A stretch of 64,000 bases of DNA from Macrostomum lignano (taxonomy: Eukaryota): positions 124,001-188,000 of the forward strand of contig NIVC01001340.1 of the NCBI GenBank assembly GCA_002269645.1, given 5' to 3'. The translations under genes were made by a program, and so were the position numbers. Within the stretch, counting starts at the first letter, position 1. The number at the start of each line of letters is the position of its first letter. Shown piece after piece: positions 1-11,615 of the stretch. The notes under the pieces are model-generated. The model had not been told where the DNA came from and ran no database searches. It saw nothing but the letters and a program-made list of their open reading frames with translations.

Positions 1-1632
1 AATTGTGCATTGTTGCGGAGAAACATGAAGTTCTCTTTTTTATAAGCTGGGGGCTTTAGATTTCAAGTTTCGATATACATGTATACGCTTATATAAATTC
101 ATTTAAACGCCACCAAATACAATTACTCTGACCGAATGTCTAAATATAGAAATGAAAAGCGAGCAATTATTAAACTTCGGTCTCAGTCTTGAGTAATTGT
201 GTGCTTGAAAAAGCTCACAATATACTGGCTGGTGTACACAAAACCAAACCACCCAGACATGTGCAACAACAAAATCTGTGTTGTACAGCTGCAGTGACAA
301 ACAGACGCAACCTGCTGTACTGTACATCTTAGGGTAGGTGTTCTATTTCATTTTTATGAAAGACTCATGATATATGTATCATGTAAATATATATGTGCAT
401 ATGTAAATATACGCGTAGGAGGTTTTCATTTTTCAGCACAAAAAATTGTTATTGCTTTTGATAGTATCTAGAAGGGAGACCCAGTGTTCATCCAAGGACT
501 ACTTAAACGATACTTAAGTAGTCCTTGTGTTCATCTTTTGATGTCTTGCCTTTCCTATACTCGTACATTGCAGCTATAGAAAATTAGGATTCTATTCATA
601 CGAGTATGCTGATTATTGGGCATAAGAAATGTACATAGGATAATAAAATTAACATAGTATCTTAATTTTCTAAACTAAAGTTCTATGAATATCGATAGAG
701 CTATGAGAAAGGCAAGACATGCTAAAAGATCGAGTATCTCTCCGTAATGTATTTTTCTCTAAAGCCAGCCTCCGAAAATTTTCCGAGAAACGTAGTGTCC
801 TGTCCTTCTACTTAAGTAGTCATTGGTAAAGTTATGTGCTACTGCAGACAAACACTGCATGATCGTCTCTTCATAGAATTTCTGAATTTCTCAGGCTTCA
901 GTCAACACACAAAACAGCACATGCTCCCCGAAGTCTTATAACGTTAACAATCTCTATTTTTAGCAACAGGAATCAGCACCCCATGAAGTAGGCGAAGTAC
1001 ATGTACTGTCCTGTCTCATAGTATGGGGGAATATCGATCAAAAGAATCGATCCGTGATCTAGTGGCCAACAGGTTTAAAAGATATTCTGTAATCTTTCTA
1101 TTGCAACGAAGTTTATTACGAGTAAATTGGTAAGAAAATCTCATATATTTACGCATGAAATTTGATCAACAATCGCATTTAATGTACAGTCAGATTTTTT
1201 GTTAATTCGAAACAGAACTCTATAATAGCGAGTATAACAAAACAGGAAAACGAAAGCTTTGTACAAGTGTTCATTTGATAATTAATAATTTTAGAAAAAT
1301 CGCAAAGTAAAAATGAATGCATCAAATTATAACAAATGATGATTTTAGCTCAACGGGTTGAAAGAGACAAAATTCGATAACCTATATGCTTTTATAGAAA
1401 CTGGCGGATTTTGAATACGCACACAGGATCAGTAGATTATTTTGCTAACACAACTGACTCCATGTGTACTTTGATACAAGCCATTACAGTAGCTCAAACA
1501 CATATCTAGACTTACAGTGCAGGTAACTCTGTCTGAGTCATCACGCGAGGCCTGAAAATCGGAGTCCAGACCATAGCAGATAAGGTTGTGAGCGTTCTAT
1601 GTCAGCTGCAGAGCAAGCCTAGGAATGAAAAC

Positions 1633-2205
1633 CTGATTTCTACAGTAACAACCTTCTGATTACTACAGTAACAACCTTCTGATTGCTACAGTAACAACCT
1701 TCTGATTGCTACAGTAACAACCTTCTGATTGCTACAGTAACAACCTTCTGATTGCTACAGTAACAAACTTCTGATTACTACAGTAACAACCTGATTGCTA
1801 CAGTAACAACCTGATTGCTACAGTAACAACCTGATTGCTACAGTAACAACCTTCAGATTGCTACAGTAACAACCTGATTGCTACAGTAACAGCCTTCAGA
1901 TTGCTACAGTAACAACCTGATTGCTACAGTAACAACCTGATTGCTACAGTAACAACCTTCAGATTGCTACAGTAACAACCTGATTGCTACAGTAACAACC
2001 TTCAGATTGCTACAGTAACAACCTGATTGCTACAGTAACAGCCTTCAGATTGCTACAGTAACAACCTGATTGCTACAGTAACAGCCTTCAGATTGCTACA
2101 GTAACAACCTGATTGCTACAGTAACAGCCTTCAGATTGCTACAGTAACAACCTGATTGCTACAGTAACAGCCTTCAGATTGCTACAGTAACAACCTTCTG
2201 ACTGC
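1633..2205. repeat. Minisatellite, 21-25 bp unit (CTACAGTAACAACC[TTC]TGATTG and variants)
   Basis: About 25 directly visible tandem copies. Confidence 0.95.
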
Positions 2206-2312
2206 TGCATGCCGTCCTTCCGAGCAGCAGCATAACCCATGAGGTCTTCAAACGCCCTACCACTGAGCCATTGCACCTCGGGTACAATTTTCACACGGTA
2301 TCAACGATGCCG

Positions 2313-3017
2313 CTAGGGCTTCAACAGCAGCGCTTCGACTCCGGGGAACCGCACGCTGGCCTCCAGCACGGCCACCCGAAGCCGGTGCAGCTCTTCGCGC
2401 ACATCGGCGAGCTCCTCCTCGGCCTGGCAGCGTCGCAGCTCCCGCCGGCGTTGACTTGCCCGACTGTTTGCCACAGCCGGCTGGTGCGAGCGCAGCCTCC
2501 GCAGCTGCTGCATCAGGCAGGCGTTCTCAGCCCGGAGTTCCTCGCATGCGTGCGCCAGAGCCGAGGCCAGCTCCCGATAGTCCTCGCCGATGCTCAGGCT
2601 GCGTCTCCGTGTCTGCAGGCCGCCGCCGTCGCGGCCGTGACAGCAGGCGGCCGACGATGGCGTCGACTGGTTGGTGCAGTCGCTCTTCGGCCGCTTGACC
2701 GCCGCTGACTTCCTGCTGGCCATCTCGGCCACCTCCTTCTGCATCTTGTCCAGCGTGTCCACCAGGCAGCGCACCCGGTGCCCATGCTCCGCCTCCGCCG
2801 ACCTCAGCCGCTGCCGGAGCCGCTGGTTCTCGGCGTGCAGCTCGCGGACAAGCTCGTCCAAGGCGTCCTCGCAGCCGCGACCGGCGCTGACGCCGCCGCC
2901 GCTGTCGGTGCTGGACTGTCGCTTGGGCAGATGCGGGTTCGGCAGCAGCAGCTGCGGTTGCGGCTCAGCGTACAGCTTCGTGAGCTCCGCTGTCAGCTCG
3001 TCTACATCTGGATCCAT
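2313..3017 (-). CDS. Host coiled-coil protein, 234 aa, single exon, function unknown
   Basis: GC-rich ATG-started ORF with heptad-like E/L/R-rich helices (ELVRELHAENQRLRQRL, EELRAENACLMQQL); TTTAAATA TATA-like box upstream on the minus strand near 3080-3090. Confidence 0.7.
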   Translation of the reverse strand: MDPDVDELTAELTKLYAEPQPQLLLPNPHLPKRQSSTDSGGGVSAGRGCEDALDELVRELHAENQRLRQRLRSAEAEHGHRVRCLVDTLDKMQKEVAEMASRKSAAVKRPKSDCTNQSTPSSAACCHGRDGGGLQTRRRSLSIGEDYRELASALAHACEELRAENACLMQQLRRLRSHQPAVANSRASQRRRELRRCQAEEELADVREELHRLRVAVLEASVRFPGVEALLLKP

Positions 3018-3546
3018 TGCTGTCCGTCTGTAGCTGCCAAATGTGTATTGCTCTGCTGGTCCACTCGGGAGAGTGGTGAGCTATTTAAATAAAGTGCTCA
3101 TTCCTCCCCTCATCCGACCGCAGTTCATGGCTTAGTCAGCGAGAACCGGCCGTCTTGTCGTCTTGGTGTACACCGAGTGGGAGGGGGGCAGGGCGGAGTG
3201 GCCTTATCTGCCCCTGTCTGTCTCTCCACTCTGCCCATTCCGCGGATCGATCTTCCGTCTCTCCCTGTCTCTCCACTCCTTGCTTAAAGTCGGTTGGCCT
3301 GCTGAATTTTCTCTCAAGCCATCCCGCGAGAGAGAGCGATCCCCTGTGTGGGATAAAAGAAGACGTACGCTAATCCCCACTGCTCTGAGTATAGCCTAGG
3401 GAGGAAGGGAAAATAACTCAGCTTTACTTTGGGAAGAAGATGACAGGCGTGACTCACACAGCCCAGCTGAGCTGACCGCCCAGAGCTAATGCAATAACAA
3501 GTACGCAAAGAAGTTACTCAATGCCTCAGTAATTGCTTCTGATAAG

Positions 3547-3890
3547 TCAGCTGCAGTGAGGGAGGGTAGCAGTGCTCACTGAAGCTGCAGTGAGGGAGGG
3601 TAGCGGTGCTTACTGAAGCTACAGTGAAGGAGGGTAGCGGTGCTCACTGAAGCTGCAGTGAGGGAGGGTAGCGGTGCTTACTGAAGCTACAGTGAAGGAG
3701 GGTAGCGGTGCTTACTGAAGCTGCAGTGAAGGAGGGTAGCGGTGCTTACTGAAGCTGCAGTGAAGGAGGGTAGCGGTGCTTACTGAAGCTACAGTGAAGG
3801 AGGGTAGCGGTGCTTACTGAAGCTGCAGTGAAGGAGGGTAGCGGTGCTTACTGAAGCTACAGTGAAGAAGGGTAGCGGTGCTCACTGCAG
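3547..3890. repeat. Minisatellite, 34 bp unit (CTGAAGCTGCAGTGAAGGAGGGTAGCGGTGCTTA)
   Basis: About 10 tandem copies. Confidence 0.95.
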
Positions 3891-4110
3891 TGTAGAAGGG
3901 AATGCCAGGGACTCAACAATGTATTCTCAACCAGTGTCAGAGTGCACAGCTGCAGCTCAATGCTTGCTCGTCAAAGTCAGCTGTGACAAGATAAAACCTT
4001 GCTCGGTTCGCACACTCGGTGTCAAATTTCTAAGTAAAGTACACATTAATAATAAGATTTAGCTGCCAAACAGCAAATTTGCTCTTGAAGACAGGACTTA
4101 TTTTCCGGAA

Positions 4111-4112
<2 letters not shown>

Positions 4113-4192
<80 letters not shown>
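4113..4192. repeat. (TG)n microsatellite, about 40 units
   Basis: Direct reading. Confidence 0.99.
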
Positions 4193-4193
<1 letters not shown>

Positions 4194-4359
4194 TGGTCCA
4201 TATTATTAGTATAGCATGCATACTGAGGGCATTTGTCATTTTTGTCATTGTCGATTCTGGTACAGAACTGGAATGCCTACTCAGTAGCTGAAGTAGTATC
4301 GGAACAAAATAATATTATCTGAAATGTAATAGGGACAAAATCGCCAAGTTTTAATCTTT

Positions 4360-4720
4360 GGCCTTCCTTTGGAATTTCTGACCTCCCTTTGGGATTTCTG
4401 ACCTACCATTGGGATTTCCGACCTCCCTTTGGGATTTCTGACCTCCCTTTGGGAGTTCTGACCTCCCTTAGGGATTTCTGACCTACCTTTGGGATTTCTG
4501 ACCTCCCTTTGGGATTTCTGACCTCCCTTTGGGATTTCTGACCTCCCTTTGGGATTTCTGACCTCCCTTTGGGATTTCTGACCTCCCTTTGGGATTTCTG
4601 ACCTCCCTTTGGGATTTCTGACCTCCCTTTGGGATCTCTGACCTCCCTTTGGGATCTCTGACCTCCCTTTGAGTTTCCGACCTCCCTTTGTTATTTCTGA
4701 CCTACCTTTGGGATCTCTGA
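4360..4720. repeat. Minisatellite, 20 bp unit (GACCTCCCTTTGGGATTTCT)
   Basis: About 17 tandem copies. Confidence 0.95.
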
Positions 4721-5299
4721 TCTCTGATCACATCCCCGGGATTCTGAACCTCTCTTGGTACTTTCTGTGAGTTGAATCGAAAAGCAACTCATGTTTAGAT
4801 ACCAGTCCGCAACACTTTTAGAACTGCTTGCTAATAAGTTACTAACAGTAGCACATGCAGTAGCAATGCTGACAGGATCTGAAAAAAACTGCAATTTTTA
4901 TCCAGTAGAAAAAATTTTCAGGCGAAAAAGTTGCACGCTGGAAAATTTATCACCATTGAAAAATTGGTGACTTCATTTTCCTCAAGCTGGACATTCGCAG
5001 CTAGGAGGGAATGTCGACATGGGAGGAATGTGGACCCTGCGGGAGAATTCGTTATCACTTATGCGGCAGCATGAGATGCAGCAGGATTTTTGGAGACTGC
5101 ATGGCAATTTCGGGTATCCAAGTCCTTTGGCTCCCGGGCGGGTGGTTCAGTTGAATAAATTTACAAGTAGCGCAAAAGTTGCGATTTTGTCTGACGTTCA
5201 AGTTTTAAGTTTTATGGCTTTTGAAACCTAACTTGGCGAAATTCCTGCAGGGCAACTTGACTTGTTTTTTTAGTTCATCGCAAGGCATTGGCAGATGTC

Positions 5300-6350
5300 C
5301 CTGATATCCCTGATCCCAATATTGCCTAGATATCCCTGATCCCAATATGCCTAGATATCCCTGATCCCAATATGCCTAGATATCCCTGATCCAAATATGC
5401 CTATAGATATCCCTGATTGATCCCAATACGCCTAGATATCCCTGATCCCAATATTCCTATAGATATCCCTGATCCAAATATGCCTATAGATATCCCTGAT
5501 TGATCCCAATACGCCTAGATATCCCTGATCCCAATATGCCTATAGATATCCCTGATCTCAATAAGCCTAGATATCCCTGATCCCAATATGCCTAGATATC
5601 CCTGATCCCAATAAGCCTAGATATCCCTGATCCCAATATGCCTAGATATCCCTGATCCCAATATGCCTAGATATCCCTGATCCCAATATGCCTAGATATC
5701 CCTGATCCCAATATGCCTAGATATCCCTGATCCCAATATGCCTAGATATCCCTGATCCCAATATGCCTAGATATCCCTGATCCCAATATGCCTAGATATC
5801 CCTGATCCCAATATGCCTAGATATCCCTGATCCCAATATGCCTAGATATCCCTGATCCCAATATGCCTAGATATCCCTGATCCCAATATGCCTAGATATC
5901 CCTGATCCCAGACTTCAGAAATCCCTGATCCGAAAACACTTTAGAAATCCCTGATTCCAAAACACTTTAGAAATCCCTGATCCCAAAACACTTTAGAAAT
6001 CCCTGATTCCAAAACACTTTAGAAATCCCTGATTCCAAAACACTTTAGAAATCCCTGATTCCAAAACACTTTAGAAATCCCTGATCCGAAAACACTTTAG
6101 AAATCCCTGATCCCAAAACACTTTAGAAATCCTTGATCCCAAAACACTTTAGAAATCCCTGATCCCAAAACACTTTAGAAATCCCTGATCCCAAAACACT
6201 TTAGAAATCCCTGATCCCAAAACACTTTAGAAATCCCTGATCCCAAAACACTTTAGAAATCCCTGATCCCAAAACACTTTAGAAATCCCTGATCCCAAAA
6301 CACTTTAGAAATCCCTGATCCCAAAACACTTTAGAAATCCCTGATCCCAA
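5300..6350. repeat. Two abutting related minisatellites: 25 bp (GATATCCCTGATCCCAATATGCCTA) then 26 bp (GAAATCCCTGATCCCAAAACACTTTA)
   Basis: Tandem copies; switch at about 5915; shared core ATCCCTGATCCCA. Confidence 0.95.
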
Positions 6351-6694
6351 AATGCCCAAACCCAAATTTCAATCCTACATACATGTGTACACAAAAAATG
6401 AACAGAAAAAATGCGAATCTCATTGAGATTAATGACAGTAAAATCACAGAACTTGATATTTATGCTTGGCTTTAGCTTGTGGTGCCAGACAGATCGATGA
6501 CTGTTCGTAGTTGAAAATTTCGACACAAAAGCGCAACAAGCACTGGAATGAATGCTGATCTGGGAACTGAGACAACCTGTGACGGTACACATGTGCTTGG
6601 GCAGGTGAAAATATGGATTGTTTATTTAGATTTATGAAGCAAAAGTTTTAGTCAAAGTGCACCAAGGTAGGTATTTGAATATTTGTCTTTTAGG

Positions 6695-7045
6695 TATGGA
6701 TCTGAATCTATTAGATATGGATCTAAATCTATTAGATATGGATCTGAATCTATTAGATATGGATCTAAATCTATTAGATATGGATCTAAATCTATTAAAT
6801 ATGGATCTGAATCTATTAGATATGGATCTGAATCTATTAGATATGGATCTGAATCTATTAGATATGGATCTATATCTATTAGATATGGATCTGAATCTAT
6901 TAGATATGGATCTAAATCTATTAGATATGGTTCTGAATCTATTAGATATGGATCTAAATCTATTAGATATGGTTCTGAATCTATTAGATATGGATCTAAA
7001 TCTATTAGATATGGTTCTGAATCTATTAGATATGGATCTAAATCT
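6695..7045. repeat. Minisatellite, 21 bp unit (GATATGGATCTGAATCTATTA)
   Basis: About 16 tandem copies. Confidence 0.95.
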
Positions 7046-7064
7046 GGTTATCTGGTAGCTGGGG

Positions 7065-7470
7065 AAACATTGTTACTAAGGAAATCTCGTTGCTAGGGTA
7101 AAATTCTTAATAGGGAAATCCCGTTGCTAGGGTAACGTTCTTACTAGGGAAATCCCGTTGCTAGGGCAACGTTCTTACTAGGGAAATCCCGTTGCTAGGG
7201 TAACGTTCTTACTAGGGAAATCCCGTTGCTAGGGCAACGTTCTTACTAGGGAAATCCCGTTGCTAGGGTAACATTGTTACTAGGGAAGTCTGGTTGCTAG
7301 GATAGCATTGTTAGTAGGGAAGTATCGTTGTTAGGGAACTATTTTTACTAGGGAAATCCCGTTGCTACGGAAACATTCTTACTATAGAAAACTCGTCGCT
7401 AGGGAATTATTATTGCCAGGGACAATTTTTATAGGGAAATCTTGCTGCCAAGTAAGTCTCGTTGCTAGGG
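7065..7470. repeat. Degenerate minisatellite, about 34 bp unit (TAGGGAAATCCCGTTGCTAGGGTAACGTTCTTAC)
   Basis: Tandem copies decaying toward 7470. Confidence 0.85.
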
Positions 7471-8823
7471 AAACTCGCACAGCTCCGTCGTCGGGATCCG
7501 GTCGCAGCCGAAAGCCCCAGCAAACTGCGGCATCTCAGCAACGGCCGCGTTCACCAGCAGCCGCCGTCTGCCGGCTGCGCCGTCGTCGGGAAGGCGGCAC
7601 TGAAGCCGCGCCCAGTCCACGAAGAAGCTCGGCCACAATGGCGGATTTCGCAGTCGAGCAACCGCGGCCGCCGCCGCCGCCGACAGGCCGGTCCGCTTGG
7701 CAACCAGGGCGGCCACCTCGCCGGAGGAGCTGCCCGGCGGCAGGCGGCTGGCGAAGCAGCGGAAGGCGGCGGCGAGTCGCTGCTCGCTCTCGGTGGAGTA
7801 CAGGCGGAGCCGCTGCCGCGGGCCCACCGTGGCGAAGGCGGCCTCGGCCAGCAGTGCGCCAGCCGTCGCCAGGCCGCTCGAATCGTGCTCGCTCAGCGGC
7901 ACAACTTTGCTCGGGGCCAGCAGAACGCTGCGACCGTCGGCGTCGAGACCCCTGCTGCCATTCTGCGTCGGCATCAGCCGGATGTCTGCCGGAGCCGCCG
8001 AGGCCACCAGCCGCAGGCGGATCGAGTCCAGCCGGCTGAGCATCGCCGCCCGCGTGTGGCCGCTCAGCTGGTTGGAGCGCTGCACGGCAGCCCGCAGCTC
8101 CGCTATGACGGAGGCGAACAGGTCGTAGGTGGACAGCGGCGACGGCGCGACAGCTACCAGCGCCAAGCCGCCGGGCGCCAAAGCGGCGTCCCGACAGGCG
8201 AAGTCGTGAAAATCGCGACAGGGGTCCGGCAGAGATGCCGGAGCGCTGGTCGCTCTCAAAAACCTCGAGGACTGTGAAGGTGCCGACGGGCTCGACAGAG
8301 AGCTTGTCGGTCGCGTCGGCAGCGGCAGTCGAGCCTCGGCTTCGACGTGCCCGACAGCGGAACTGGAGGTGCCGGCGGTGCCGTAGAAGTGCAGGCTAAG
8401 CAGCACGCAGCCAATGGCCAGCAGAGTCAAGGAGAGGCTGCAGAGGCCGAAACTCACCACCAGCAGGCGGCAGCGGCGGCGGCGCTGCGGATGAGGCTGT
8501 CGCTGCTGCTGCTGCTGATGATGATGTTGCTGATGCTGCTGCTGTTGAGGTGGCGGTGGCGGTGGCGGCGGCTGCAGTCGATGCGGACACGCGGCTGCCC
8601 GCTTTGCCTCGGCGCAGTCCTCGGTCGTGCAGCCGTCGTCATCGGCGCCATCGTCGTCGCCGTCAGTCAGAGCGGCAGCGAGACTGTCGGCGTTGGCGGC
8701 TGATTGCAGGCCGCTGCCGCTGCCGCGGTTGCAGATGATCAGAGCCTGCGGCGGGGGAACCGGGAGTTGCTGATTCTTGGAATTTTTGTAGATTGTGTTG
8801 ATGAGATTTGAACTGATCTGCAC
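7465..8823 (-). CDS. Neprilysin/M13-like type II membrane protein, strongly truncated and lacking HExxH; terminal large exon, start exon not identified
   Basis: TM helix LLVVSFGLCSLSLTLLAIGCVLLSL, then M13 hallmarks DPCRDFHDFAC, FFVDWARLQC and LVNAAVAEMPQFAGAFGC with a C-terminal Cys; no in-frame ATG before the TM, so splicing is required. Confidence 0.75.
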   Translation of the reverse strand: MQISSNLINTIYKNSKNQQLPVPPPQALIICNRGSGSGLQSAANADSLAAALTDGDDDGADDDGCTTEDCAEAKRAAACPHRLQPPPPPPPPQQQQHQQHHHQQQQQRQPHPQRRRRCRLLVVSFGLCSLSLTLLAIGCVLLSLHFYGTAGTSSSAVGHVEAEARLPLPTRPTSSLSSPSAPSQSSRFLRATSAPASLPDPCRDFHDFACRDAALAPGGLALVAVAPSPLSTYDLFASVIAELRAAVQRSNQLSGHTRAAMLSRLDSIRLRLVASAAPADIRLMPTQNGSRGLDADGRSVLLAPSKVVPLSEHDSSGLATAGALLAEAAFATVGPRQRLRLYSTESEQRLAAAFRCFASRLPPGSSSGEVAALVAKRTGLSAAAAAAVARLRNPPLWPSFFVDWARLQCRLPDDGAAGRRRLLVNAAVAEMPQFAGAFGCDRIPTTELCEFP

Positions 8824-8839
8824 CTTAGTCAGGAGTTTG

Positions 8840-9146
8840 AACCCAAGTTACCTGGAACCCAAGTTACCTGGAACCCAAGTTACCTGGAACCCAAGTTACC
8901 TGGAACCCAAGTTACCTGGAACCCAAGTTACCTGGAACCCAAGTTACCTGGAACCCAAGTTACCTGGAACCCAAGTTACCTGGAACCCAAGTTACCTGGA
9001 ACCCAAGTTACCTGGAACCCAAGTTACCTGGAACACAAACCAATATGGAACACAAACCAATATGAAACCCAAACCAATATGGAACCCAAACCAATATGGA
9101 ACACAAACCAATATAGAACACAAACCAATATGAAAGCCAAACCAAT
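8840..9146. repeat. Abutting minisatellites: 16 bp (AACCCAAGTTACCTGG) then 17 bp (GGAACACAAACCAATAT)
   Basis: About 12 and about 7 tandem copies. Confidence 0.95.
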
Positions 9147-9949
9147 TGAATTCACAACCTGAGAGACTCAAATTTAAGCTAGAGATCAAATAAGATATAA
9201 CTGAAAGTCACTTCCCCAACAGCTCCTTGCTATTTTCATTGCAGAAAATCTGAATAGAATCCTTGATTCTGACAGTCACTTTGAGCGTGCATTTGTCAGT
9301 TGGTATTACGCAACAAGAAACTCTCCATTACCAAAAAAATTAGTTCCAATTGCTTTACAATAAGCAGAGGATCGTGGTACCACCGCCTTCACACCTAGAG
9401 CAGATGGGGAAAGGAGGCTGGAAGCTGCTGGTGGCGACGGCGGTGGGGGCGGGGCGGTCAGGACTGACGTGTCCGCGAAGTGATAGCTGCCGCAGCGGGG
9501 CGGCAGGCGGGCGGAGCTACTTGGCGCGGCAGACGAGTGGAGAACAGTTGCCCTGACAGGCCATCGCCCAGCTGCCACCACCGCAGCCGCCTGGTGCCCC
9601 AGTCCAGTGTCTGCTTTTCCTTCGGTGCCTCTCGCTTTTTCTGACAACCTTATTTGTGTTTGCCATTTCTAAGAAAGGGAAGAAGACGGGCGGCCCGGCG
9701 GTGGCCGGTTGGAAGCTGAAACTGGACACCCGTGCCACGTGTCTGTCTCCGATCGCCAGCTCTTTCTGGGATCGTGGAGTTCGGAAATTTTCACGAAAAA
9801 CTTGGTTAGTAAAAAGTCTTGCATTTCATCTTACGGATTTAGCTTTCTGGTTAGCAAAAATATCTTGAGTTACAGAATTGAAATTACGGATTAAAGATTA
9901 TTTATTTGATTTTACAGATCCAAATTACGTCGTATATATTTGTATTTAC

Positions 9950-10380
9950 GGAATCCAGATTACTGAATCCTGCAGATTACATAATCCTTCAGATTACAGC
10001 ATCCTTAAGATTACAGAATCCTTCAGATTACATAATCCTTCAGATTACAGCATCCTTAAGATTACAGAATCCTTCAGATTACAGAATCCTTCAGATTACA
10101 GCATCCTTAAGATTACAGAATCCTTCAGATTACAGAATCCTGCAGATTACAGAATCCTTCAGATTACAGAATCCTGCAGATTACGGCATCCTTCAGCTTT
10201 CAGAATCCCGTAAATTACAGAATCCTGCAGATTACAGAATCCTGCAGATTACAGAATCCTGCAGATTACATAATCTTATCTGATTACGGAATCCTCCAGA
10301 TTACAGAATCCTGCAGATTACATAATCCTGTAGTTTATAGAATCCTATAGTTTATAGAATCCAGACTACAGAACCCATAT
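9950..10380. repeat. Minisatellite, 17 bp basic unit (CAGATTACAGAATCCTT/G) with higher-order variants
   Basis: Tandem copies visible. Confidence 0.9.
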
Positions 10381-10653
10381 TTTACAATACCTAATACGAG
10401 AACAACAAGATTTCCAGACTCAAGGGCTAAAACAGCTAAGTAGACTTTTTTATTGTTTGGATTTCCACTCCAGACGCAGAGTTTTAAAACTTCTTGGCCG
10501 CTACCCAAACCGAACTGACACCGGACTGAAAAACGTGACTAAGCGACCGCTGAAATCCCAGCTGAGGCTGACTGAAGTGTTGATAGGGTGGGGGAGCAGC
10601 CAGTTTGAGGCCCGAGGCTGGGTTTGGGAGGGCAGGGAAACATGAGGAGCAGC

Positions 10654-10883
10654 TCAGCCGGGCTTCTCCAGCAGCTGTACCCCGCAACCGACACCCGGGA
10701 AGACCCCAACAGAGTTATCCACGCCGCTTACAACCGCGCCGCCAGAGCTTGAAGCCGGTGCTGGCAAAGTTTGGCTGGCGACCGCCTGCGCGCGCTCCCG
10801 GTCCACCCTGAAGTCTCGGTCGCGACTGGCGTCTCTGCACGACTGCCTTCGCTGCTGGCATCGCCGCAGTTCAGCCATCGTGG

Positions 10884-10917
<34 letters not shown>

Positions 10918-10953
10918 CCAAACAGACTGATGGTGATGATGCTGATGCTGCAT
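10654..10953 (-). CDS. Possible 5' exon (His/Pro-rich), perhaps of the neprilysin-like gene
   Basis: GC-rich ATG-started ORF MQHQHHHHQSVWPPPP in the same low-complexity style and on the same strand as 7465-8823; no homology recognised. Confidence 0.25.
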
Positions 10954-11025
10954 TGTGCTGAAAGTGCAAAATGAACTTTCTTTGAGAAGGTTTTGTCGAA
11001 GGTATTTTGGACAAGCTTCTATGCA

Positions 11026-11615
11026 GGGAAGTCCCCGCCCTACTCAGAGCTCGAATGTGAAGGGAGGTCCACTGCCCCCGCCCTACTCAGAGCCCAAATG
11101 TGAAGGGAGGTCCACTGCCCCCGCCTACTCAGAGACGGAATGTGGAGGGAGGTCCACTGCCCCCGCCTACTCAGAGACCGAATGTGGAGGGAGGTCCACT
11201 GCCCCGCCTACTCAGAGACGGAATGTGGAGGGAGGTCCACTGCCCCCGCCTACTCAGAGACCGAATGTGGAGGGAGGTCCACTGCCCCCGCCTACTCAGA
11301 GACGGAATGTGGAGGGAGGTCCACTGCCCCCGCCTACTCAGAGACCGAATGTGGAGGGAGGTCCACTGCCCCCGCCTACTCAGAGACCGAATGTGGAGGG
11401 AGGTCCACTGCCCCCGCCTACTCAGAGACCGAATGTGGAGGGAGGTCCACTGCCCCCGCCTACTCAGAGACCGAATGTGGAGGGAGGTCCACTGCCCCCG
11501 CCTACTCAGAGACCGAATGTGGAGGGAGGTCCACTGCCCCCGCCTACTCAGAGACCGAATGTGGAGGGAGGTCCACTGCCCCCGCCTACTCAGAGACCGA
11601 ATGTGGAGGGAGGTC
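11026..11615. repeat. Minisatellite, 42 bp unit (CCCGCCTACTCAGAGACCGAATGTGGAGGGAGGTCCACTGCC)
   Basis: About 14 near-identical copies. Confidence 0.95.

Noticed and set aside
7362-8738. Plus-strand ORFs overlapping the neprilysin-like gene; similar antisense ORFs over 2271-3092 and 26163-29057
   Set aside because: Shadow ORFs from high GC content; the motifs are on the opposite strand
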